From assembly GCA_038128265.1 (NCBI GenBank), contig JAYPJE010000009.1, forward strand, positions 62,885-98,529: a stretch of 35,645 bases of DNA. Direction: 5' to 3'. The notes under the pieces were generated by a model. That model ran no database searches, had not been told where the DNA came from, and worked only from the letters and a program-made list of their open reading frames with translations. The stretch is from Gemmatimonadota bacterium. GTDB lineage: Bacteria; Latescibacterota; UBA2968; UBA8231. Both the position numbers and the translations under genes were made by a program. Positions 28,936-35,645 of the stretch are shown here, piece after piece. How positions within the stretch are numbered: position 1 is the stretch's first letter; the number at the start of each line of letters is the position of its first letter.

Positions 28936-30060
28936 ATGGATAACGACAGACTTCGCGAGGCCCTGCCCTTCCTACGACCGCGCACGGAAGATCCAACCCC
29001 CATTGTGTGGTTCCTATTCGCCCTGATGTGCGCTGCTATCGTCGGCGCCATCGTTCTCCACCTGCTGCGCCGATACCGTATGCGTAAAGCCCGCGAAGAC
29101 GCACTAAGGGCAGTGGCAATAGCCAAGGGCGTTGGAAAGCGGGACACCGACCTGCTGTGCACGCTTGCGGCATCGCTCGATCGACCAACCCAACTAGCCG
29201 AATCCGCCTACATTTTTAACCGAACCGTCGGCACCTATGTCGATGAGCTTATCGAGCGCGACTGGGACCACCCGCATATCAAGCAAATTGCAAGAATGCG
29301 ACACAAGCTCGGCTTTGACGTCACCGCTAGCGACAGGCCGCTGCGATCGACGCGCGAGTTGTCCGAAGGGATCACCCTCATGGTGTGGAATGCAGAAGAA
29401 GGCCAAGGGGCTTTCTACCCATGGCTTGTAGTCGAGCGCGACGAACGCGCCCTTTCTATCGTGCCGCTATTAAAGGACGACTTTCACCGCTACCCACAGC
29501 TAACCAAAGGCGGCGAACTGGCGCTGCGCTTTTGGCGCAGCCACGATACCGAATACCGGGTCGAGCTACCCATTTATTCGGTCGAAAGCGAAGAGCATAT
29601 CGTAAGGCTGCACCACTCGGACAGCGTCGAACGCCTACAGCAGCGCGATTTCTACCGAATCAGCGTTCACTTTCCCATAGACCTATTAGTCGCGGGAGCG
29701 GCTGTCGAACAGGGCGAAGGCCAAGCTGACAGGAATCTGCCAGCCGCAGAAGGATTAGAGGAAGAGGAACGCACCTGGCACTCCGTCGAGGCTCATGTCC
29801 TCGACCTAAGCGCCGGTGGGTTAAGCGTTGAGATCCATACAAGCGAACCACTCGAGGGCGATGTCGTAGTGGATCCACAGTTCAAGGGGCCATTTCCACT
29901 GGCCGGGTTGGCCTGTGAAATTGTTCACCAGGAGCACGTCGGCCGCGCCCTGCGCCTTCAACTGCGCTTTTCCGATATGGTTGACGCCCAGCGCTCGGAA
30001 CTGGTTCGCCTAGTGTACGACTACCAATTGCGCTCGGCCGATGGCGGCTCCGCTTCGTGA
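28936..30060 (+). CDS. Membrane-anchored PilZ-domain (YcgR-like) protein
   Basis: N-terminal TM helix IVWFLFALMCAAIVGAIVLHLL followed by basic residues; QRDFYR (RxxxR) and DLSAGG (DxSxxG). Confidence 0.82.
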   Translation: MDNDRLREALPFLRPRTEDPTPIVWFLFALMCAAIVGAIVLHLLRRYRMRKAREDALRAVAIAKGVGKRDTDLLCTLAASLDRPTQLAESAYIFNRTVGTYVDELIERDWDHPHIKQIARMRHKLGFDVTASDRPLRSTRELSEGITLMVWNAEEGQGAFYPWLVVERDERALSIVPLLKDDFHRYPQLTKGGELALRFWRSHDTEYRVELPIYSVESEEHIVRLHHSDSVERLQQRDFYRISVHFPIDLLVAGAAVEQGEGQADRNLPAAEGLEEEERTWHSVEAHVLDLSAGGLSVEIHTSEPLEGDVVVDPQFKGPFPLAGLACEIVHQEHVGRALRLQLRFSDMVDAQRSELVRLVYDYQLRSADGGSAS

Positions 30061-30116
30061 GGAACTGCCCCGGTCTTGTACGGACCCAATACCGTCGGCC
30101 TATCGGGTAGTGGATG

Positions 30117-31217
30117 TTAAATCGGCATGTACTCCAACTCGAAGACGCGCTCGATAAACCAGCCCACCCCAAAGAGTAAAATGACCGCCGAGACGCCCCA
30201 CACAACCGTCTTTTTAAATGCCTGACTGTTTAACCAGAGAATGGCGGGAAATAGCACCGCTACGATGGCGACCTGGCCCAATTCAACGCCGATATTAAAC
30301 GACAGCAGCGATACGACCAGTCCCTCCGTAGGCAGGCCCAGTTCCCGCAGCACGTTGGCAAAACCAAACCCGTGCACCAAGCCGAATAAAAAGGTGAGAA
30401 TCCAACGGTGCTCAGAGCGCTGCAGCCAGAAATTTTCCAATGCCACATAGGCAATACTCAGGGCAATCCCCGCCTCAATCCACTTAGCCGGCAGCATGAC
30501 GATCTCGAGCGCGGCCAAACACAGGGTTATGCTGTGCGCCAGCGTAAAAGCCGTAACGATCTTTACTAGGCTCCCCAAGCGTCCGCCCACGGCGATGAGA
30601 GCAAGCAGAAACATGATGTGGTCATAGCCCAAAAAGATGTGTTCTATGCCCAGCCAGACAAACGCCAAGGCCTGTTCCCAAAGCGACTTTTCGCGCTCGG
30701 CATAAAAGGACTGTTCAGCACTGTCGGCGGCAAACACCGCCTGTTCCAACGACTTGCCCGGCATTAAGACTTTAGCTATACACTTGTGCTCATCGCCAAA
30801 CGCCTCAAAAAAGTCGACGTGGACATCGAGGCGATCGGGCACCGCCTTTAGGGGCGCGCCAAAATAGAGGACGGCAAACATATTGCCCTTATTATCGGGG
30901 TTGATGTCCGTGCCACCCGGGGTCAGCGCGAGAACCTGGTCGTTAACGCGCACATGAAAGTGTTTCGAAGCAAAGTCGACAATCTCCGGCAGACCCGCTT
31001 GCATTTCTTCGTAAAACAGCGTCCCGTCGCCGTTGGCATCTAACCCCAACTGTTCCATATCGAAATCGTCGATGCGCAGACGCAGCATGAGCGTGTCGGC
31101 TCGCACGACGAGATTGGCATAGCTCGTATTGAGCTTGTGTGCCCACGCGTCCTGGGCTAACAAACACACGACGAAAAACACGGAATAGATGCTTCTTGGG
31201 AAACAACGCTTAGGCAT
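30117..31217 (-). CDS. HupE/UreJ-family membrane protein with an extracytoplasmic N-terminal domain
   Basis: GIEHIFLGYDHIMFL, AFTLAHSITL, FGLVHGFGFA, SFNIGVELGQ; signal peptide ending AWA-H; GGGAG RBS before ATG 31217. Confidence 0.9.
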   Translation of the reverse strand: MPKRCFPRSIYSVFFVVCLLAQDAWAHKLNTSYANLVVRADTLMLRLRIDDFDMEQLGLDANGDGTLFYEEMQAGLPEIVDFASKHFHVRVNDQVLALTPGGTDINPDNKGNMFAVLYFGAPLKAVPDRLDVHVDFFEAFGDEHKCIAKVLMPGKSLEQAVFAADSAEQSFYAEREKSLWEQALAFVWLGIEHIFLGYDHIMFLLALIAVGGRLGSLVKIVTAFTLAHSITLCLAALEIVMLPAKWIEAGIALSIAYVALENFWLQRSEHRWILTFLFGLVHGFGFANVLRELGLPTEGLVVSLLSFNIGVELGQVAIVAVLFPAILWLNSQAFKKTVVWGVSAVILLFGVGWFIERVFELEYMPI

Positions 31218-31231
31218 ACACAATAACTCCC

Positions 31232-31636
31232 TCAAGGCTGTTGCTGCAAATAAGCGATATGGCGGGCCATACTGAGTCTATCTTTAGTCGTCAGGTGCGA
31301 AAAACCGGGCATACTCGTTCCGGCAATGCCCTTGCCGATGGTCTCAGCCATCTGCTCTATATCAGGCCCCTTTTTGTAGTGCGCCACATCGCGAAAGTCG
31401 CGCGGCGGCGGTTTGAGCGTAGCCGCAATGCGTCCGTCACCGCGCCCCTGATCGCCGTGGCATACGGCACAGCCGTTGCTCATATAGAGCTGGTGGCCTC
31501 GCCTATCATCAACCGCCATCGCTGTGGTCTGCTCGACCTGCTCCGCACGATCATTCTGTCCACACGCGCTAGCCAACGCCAGCCATAAAGCGCCCACGCC
31601 CGTGCGAATACGACCCATTACACTATTGCTCATCAT
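31232..31636 (-). CDS. Monoheme cytochrome c, probable lipoprotein
   Basis: CAVCHG heme motif, GDGRIA..PPPRDF, GTSMPGF (axial Met); lipobox-like LASA-C. Confidence 0.88.
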   Translation of the reverse strand: MMSNSVMGRIRTGVGALWLALASACGQNDRAEQVEQTTAMAVDDRRGHQLYMSNGCAVCHGDQGRGDGRIAATLKPPPRDFRDVAHYKKGPDIEQMAETIGKGIAGTSMPGFSHLTTKDRLSMARHIAYLQQQP

Positions 31637-31678
31637 GTAAAAGAATAAAAGTACAGACCGGCCAAAAGGGAAGAGTCC

Positions 31679-33040
31679 CTAGGCGCGAGCAAGGGAAATA
31701 CTAAAGGTCGTCCCTTCTCCCACCTGACTGGAGACCTGCACCTTCTCGCCGTGGGCCTCAACGACGTGGCGCACGATGGCCAACCCCAACCCCGTTCCAC
31801 CCATAGCGCGCGAGCGCCCCTTATCGACCCGGTAAAAACGCTCAAATATGCGCCCTAAGTCACCCGAGGGAATACCGATGCCGCTGTCGGATATATCGAG
31901 CCACAGCTTCCCTTGGGTATCGCGCAAAACCACCATAACGCGTCCGCCATCCGGCGTATATTTTACGGCATTGTCCAACAGGTTAATTATGGCTTGTTCC
32001 ATGTGCTGTGGATCGCACAGCACCGTGATCCCAGCAGCAATATCACAGCTGAGAGCGATGTTTTTCTGCTCGGCCGCCGAGCTAACGGCTACACTACAGC
32101 TTTCGACCAACCGCCGCAGGTCGCAGCTTTTCTTTTCTATTTGAAATTGATCCGATTCCAGACGCGACAGATCGAGCAAATCGTCGAGTAGCATATTGAG
32201 GCGGTCGGCATGAGAGGAGATAATTCCGACAAAGCGCTCCGACGCCGCGCGATCGTCTAGCGCACCATCGGCCAGGGTTTCGGCATATCCCTTAATCGCC
32301 GTGAGCGGGGTGCGCAATTCATGCGAAACATTCGCAACAAAATCCCGGCGCATTCGTTCCAACTGGCGCAGTCGCGTAATGTTGTAAAACACGGTGACGA
32401 CGCCGATACAGGCACCTTCCTCAAGGATTGGAGCTACGTGCACATCGAGGTGCCGCACCGAGCCATCCCCTCCCATTTCAACTTCTAACGCATCTCCGCG
32501 ACTCTGCTCCAAACAGCGGTCAATGGCCTGCTGCACCGCGGCCTGGCGCACAAATTCTGCAGCGGGCCTGCCCTGTGCGTTTCCCTGTAGGTTAAGGAGG
32601 CGCCCCAAAGCACGGTTTACCAACAGCACGCGGCCATCGTGCCCAGTAACCAAAATGCCCTCCGTGATACTTTCGATAATGACTTCAAGGCGCGACTTTT
32701 CAGTGCTCAGATCGCCTAAGCGCCGATGGTATGTTGCCACCATGGGAGCGAGGGCTTCTCCCAATGCATGTTCGTTGGCCAGGGCATTCGTACGAACCTG
32801 GCCATTCGGCTCGAAAGACTCTGTCCCAAGAGCGCGTAGTCGCTCATGCACCCGGCTTAGCGCCAAGCGCACCGAACGACCTGACCACCAGGCGATGACT
32901 ATACCAGAAAGGGCAATAAAGGCCAGCAGCACCGGATCGACGAGCAATTCGTTCAGCGGCCCCCTGCCCCACCGCGTATTGACGAGCCACAAGAGCGGAA
33001 TAGTAAGCCCACCATGGACTGCGATAAGCCTCCACTGCAT
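31679..33040 (-). CDS. phoR: Phosphate regulon sensor histidine kinase
   Basis: Two hydrophobic segments, PAS, RRDFVANVSHELRTPLT, NLLDNAVKY, FERFYRVDKGRSR, GGTGLGL; ATG 33040 just after the phoB stop. Confidence 0.9.
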   Translation of the reverse strand: MQWRLIAVHGGLTIPLLWLVNTRWGRGPLNELLVDPVLLAFIALSGIVIAWWSGRSVRLALSRVHERLRALGTESFEPNGQVRTNALANEHALGEALAPMVATYHRRLGDLSTEKSRLEVIIESITEGILVTGHDGRVLLVNRALGRLLNLQGNAQGRPAAEFVRQAAVQQAIDRCLEQSRGDALEVEMGGDGSVRHLDVHVAPILEEGACIGVVTVFYNITRLRQLERMRRDFVANVSHELRTPLTAIKGYAETLADGALDDRAASERFVGIISSHADRLNMLLDDLLDLSRLESDQFQIEKKSCDLRRLVESCSVAVSSAAEQKNIALSCDIAAGITVLCDPQHMEQAIINLLDNAVKYTPDGGRVMVVLRDTQGKLWLDISDSGIGIPSGDLGRIFERFYRVDKGRSRAMGGTGLGLAIVRHVVEAHGEKVQVSSQVGEGTTFSISLARA

Positions 33041-33042
33041 CC

Positions 33043-33738
33043 CTAGCGACCTTCGCGCCGCATGCGGTATCCAACACCGCGCACCGTCTCCACCCAATCG
33101 GCCGCCTCACCTAGCTTTTCTCGCAGGCGGCGCACGTGCGTATCGACCGTCCGTCTATAGCCACTGTGCTCGTAGCCCCACACCACGTTGAGCAACTCAT
33201 CGCGCGACTGCACGCGCCCCTGGCGTTGGGCCAGCGTTAATAATAGGCGAAACTCGATGGCCGTCAGCTCGATGGCTACACTGCCCGCCTGCACCCGGTG
33301 CCCAACGGGATCAATCAGCAGCGGCCCTACCTGCAGCGATTCCTCACTGACCTTTTCATCTCCCTGTACGCGCCGCAGAATGGCGCGCACGCGCAGCACC
33401 AATTCGCGCGGAGAAAACGGTTTCGTTAGATAATCGTCGGCTCCCAATTCCAAGCCGACGATGCGATCGACTTCTTCCGTTCGCGCCGTCAACATGAGAA
33501 TGGGAACGTGCTTTGTCTCGGGACGCTGTTTGAGCAATCGGCACACCTCCAACCCATCTATGCCTGGCAGCATGAGATCCAAAACGATTAGCGAAAGCAC
33601 TTCTTCCGATGCCATATCTAAAGCGGCCTCACCCGTTTCTACGGCGACGATATTGAACCCGACTTGCGCTAGATTATAGCGCACTAGGTCTAGTATATCG
33701 GGTTCGTCTTCGACTATGAGAATTGTTTCACTTGACAT
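33043..33738 (-). CDS. phoB: Phosphate regulon response regulator (OmpR family)
   Basis: ILIVEDE, LDLMLPG, GADDYLTKPF, RTVDTHVRRLREKL, TVRGVGY; pst/pho context. Confidence 0.92.
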   Translation of the reverse strand: MSSETILIVEDEPDILDLVRYNLAQVGFNIVAVETGEAALDMASEEVLSLIVLDLMLPGIDGLEVCRLLKQRPETKHVPILMLTARTEEVDRIVGLELGADDYLTKPFSPRELVLRVRAILRRVQGDEKVSEESLQVGPLLIDPVGHRVQAGSVAIELTAIEFRLLLTLAQRQGRVQSRDELLNVVWGYEHSGYRRTVDTHVRRLREKLGEAADWVETVRGVGYRMRREGR

Positions 33739-33766
33739 GTTCAATGCCGTTCCAATTGGTGTGTGG

Positions 33767-34459
33767 TTATGTAGTACTCTGGTCCTCCCACCAATGCGCC
33801 TTTTGGTGACGGACGATTCGTCCACTGACTAAATAGGCAACGTTTTCGGCTATGTTTGACGCGTTATCTCCGATGCGCTCTAAGTGGCGCGCCACCAGGA
33901 TCAGGTAAATGGCCCGATCGATCGTATCCGGGCGTCCCATGGCGCCGTGCATATACGTCAACAGCTCGCGAAAAATCTGGTCGCGCAGTTGATCGAGTTG
34001 TTCGTCGCGCCGGCCCACGCTCTTGGCCAGCGCAACGTCTTGTCGCACAAAGGCATCAAGCGCGTCTTTAACCATACCCTGAGCCAGTTCGGCCATGCGC
34101 GGGATATCGATAAGCGGCTTGAGCAAGGGCATCGTATTGAGGACCTGCGCCCGTTGAGCGATGTTCACCGCCTGGTCGTTGATGCGCTCCAAGTCGTCGT
34201 TGATCTTTAGCATGGTGGTCAACAGCCGCAGATCGCCGGCGACCGGCCCATGCCGGGCCATGAGCATTAGGCACACTTCTTCGATTTTAATTTCCCAATC
34301 GTCGATCCGCTTTCCACCCCTAATGACCTCCTCTACCCATGCATCATCGCGCTCAACGAGTGCTCGGATAGCCTGTGCAATGGATTCCTCTACCGCCCCT
34401 CCCATCTTGAGCAAATCCTGCCTCAAGTCATCAAGTTCCTGGTCGAATCTTCTCTCCAT
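33767..34459 (-). CDS. phoU: Phosphate signalling protein PhoU
   Basis: PVAGDLR, DLERINDQAVNIA, HLERIGDNASNIAE. Confidence 0.96.
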   Translation of the reverse strand: MERRFDQELDDLRQDLLKMGGAVEESIAQAIRALVERDDAWVEEVIRGGKRIDDWEIKIEEVCLMLMARHGPVAGDLRLLTTMLKINDDLERINDQAVNIAQRAQVLNTMPLLKPLIDIPRMAELAQGMVKDALDAFVRQDVALAKSVGRRDEQLDQLRDQIFRELLTYMHGAMGRPDTIDRAIYLILVARHLERIGDNASNIAENVAYLVSGRIVRHQKAHWWEDQSTT

Positions 34460-34522
34460 GCCATGCCTCTTTTCAAAGTGCAGCAATCCAGCTGCGCATA
34501 GGGCCTTTCTGCTGTAAAACGC

Positions 34523-35347
34523 TTAGCCGAAGCGACCGGTGACGTAATCCTCGGTTTGCTTGAGGCGAGGTTTGGTAAACATCTGCTCCGTCTGGTTGAA
34601 TTCGACCAGACGACCCAAATAGAAAAAAGCCGTATAGTCAGAAATCCGCGCAGCCTGCTGTAGATTGTGCGTCACGATAACGATCGTATAGTCTTGCTTC
34701 AGCTCGCTAATCGTTTCCTCGATCCGCACGGTCGCAATGGGATCGAGGGCCGAACAGGGCTCATCCATCAGCACGACGTCCGGTTCGACAGCCAGCGTGC
34801 GCGCAATGCACAGGCGCTGCTGTTGGCCACCCGACAAACCAAGTGCATTGTCTTTGAGCCGATCCTTCACCTCGTCCCACAACGCTGCGGCGCGCAAACT
34901 CTTTTCGACCGCCTGATCGAGCACTGGGCGCCGATTCTCGCCGGCAATGCGCAGCCCATAGGCGACATTTTCGTAAATGGACTTGGGAAAGGGATTCGAT
35001 TTTTGAAAAACCATACCAACGCGTCGTCTAAGATCGATCACGTCAAAATCCGTCGCATAAATTTCTTCGCCGCCGACCCGCACGTTCCCGTCAATACGCG
35101 CCGACTCAACTAAGTCATTCAGGCGGTTAAAGCTGCGCAACAGCGTCGACTTACCGCAGCCGGATGGACCAATAAAGGCCGTGACTTCCCGCTCGGGAAT
35201 GGACAGGTCAATATCGTATAGCGCCTGCGCTTCTCCGTAGAACAAGTTGAGCTTTTCCACTTCGACAATGGGGTTGCTCACATCCACTGCGACCGCATTA
35301 TCCACAGACAGTCCGACGTTATCACTCATATCCCTATTCCCCATCAA
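34523..35347 (-). CDS. pstB: Phosphate ABC transporter ATP-binding protein
   Basis: [53 protein letters not shown]. Confidence 0.98.
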   Translation of the reverse strand: MMGNRDMSDNVGLSVDNAVAVDVSNPIVEVEKLNLFYGEAQALYDIDLSIPEREVTAFIGPSGCGKSTLLRSFNRLNDLVESARIDGNVRVGGEEIYATDFDVIDLRRRVGMVFQKSNPFPKSIYENVAYGLRIAGENRRPVLDQAVEKSLRAAALWDEVKDRLKDNALGLSGGQQQRLCIARTLAVEPDVVLMDEPCSALDPIATVRIEETISELKQDYTIVIVTHNLQQAARISDYTAFFYLGRLVEFNQTEQMFTKPRLKQTEDYVTGRFG

Positions 35348-35645
35348 AAAGCTGAGCCGGCATAGCGCTTACGCAGCCGATTGCGCACGACAATGGCCGT
35401 CAGATTGAGCGCCAATACGATCAGCAGCAGCAGCAGTGCCGTAGTATACACCATGGGCCGCGCCGCCTCGACATTGGGTGATTGAAAGCCCACATCGTAA
35501 ATGTGAAAGCCCAAATGCATAAACTTGCGCTCGAGGTGAAAGAACGGCCAGAAGGCATCTAGGGGAAGGTCGGGCGCCAGCTTTACCACTCCCGTTATCA
35601 TCAGCGGGGCCACTTCTCCAGCGCCGCGCGCCGTAGCGAGTATGA
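35344..35645 (-). CDS. pstA: Phosphate ABC transporter permease PstA, 3' part (runs off the window)
   Basis: [43 protein letters not shown]; overlaps the pstB start. Confidence 0.92.
   Translation of the reverse strand, partial: ILATARGAGEVAPLMITGVVKLAPDLPLDAFWPFFHLERKFMHLGFHIYDVGFQSPNVEAARPMVYTTALLLLLIVLALNLTAIVVRNRLRKRYAGSAF

Noticed and set aside
32394..33191. 265-aa plus-strand ORF
   Set aside because: Antisense to phoR/phoB with Ser/Arg/Pro-rich non-coding composition.

Overview
GC-rich bacterial chromosomal segment with no mobile element, CRISPR array, tRNA or rRNA that I can see. The gene style (T9SS/FlgD-Ig C-terminal sorting domain, many Gfo/Idh/MocA and enolase-family genes) suggests an FCB-superphylum organism such as Latescibacterota; this is inference only. 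Gene order: partial MBL-fold hydrolase, two coupled hypothetical genes, a small hypothetical, an SDR, a 601-aa helical hypothetical, groES-groEL, an orphan FliN-like gene, a SelA/DgaE-like PLP enzyme, pterin-4a-carbinolamine dehydratase, Gfo/Idh/MocA, a large secreted S8 protease with FG-GAP repeats, a fused indolepyruvate:ferredoxin oxidoreductase, a sugar-acid catabolic cluster containing ispG and two tandem HpcH aldolases, a hybrid kinase with a degenerate NtrC-like regulator, a membrane-anchored PilZ protein, HupE/UreJ plus cytochrome c, and phoR-phoB-phoU-pstB-pstA (partial). The most notable signals are: (1) groESL preceded by a near-consensus sigma54 -24/-12 element and enhancer-like repeats, with no CIRCE, and a GroEL carrying an acidic/His-rich tail; (2) a receiver-AAA+ protein lacking GAFTGA, a canonical Walker B, the sensor II Arg and an HTH; (3) two aldolase paralogues sharing a 478-bp identical block. 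None of these is shown to be a new system; they are leads.
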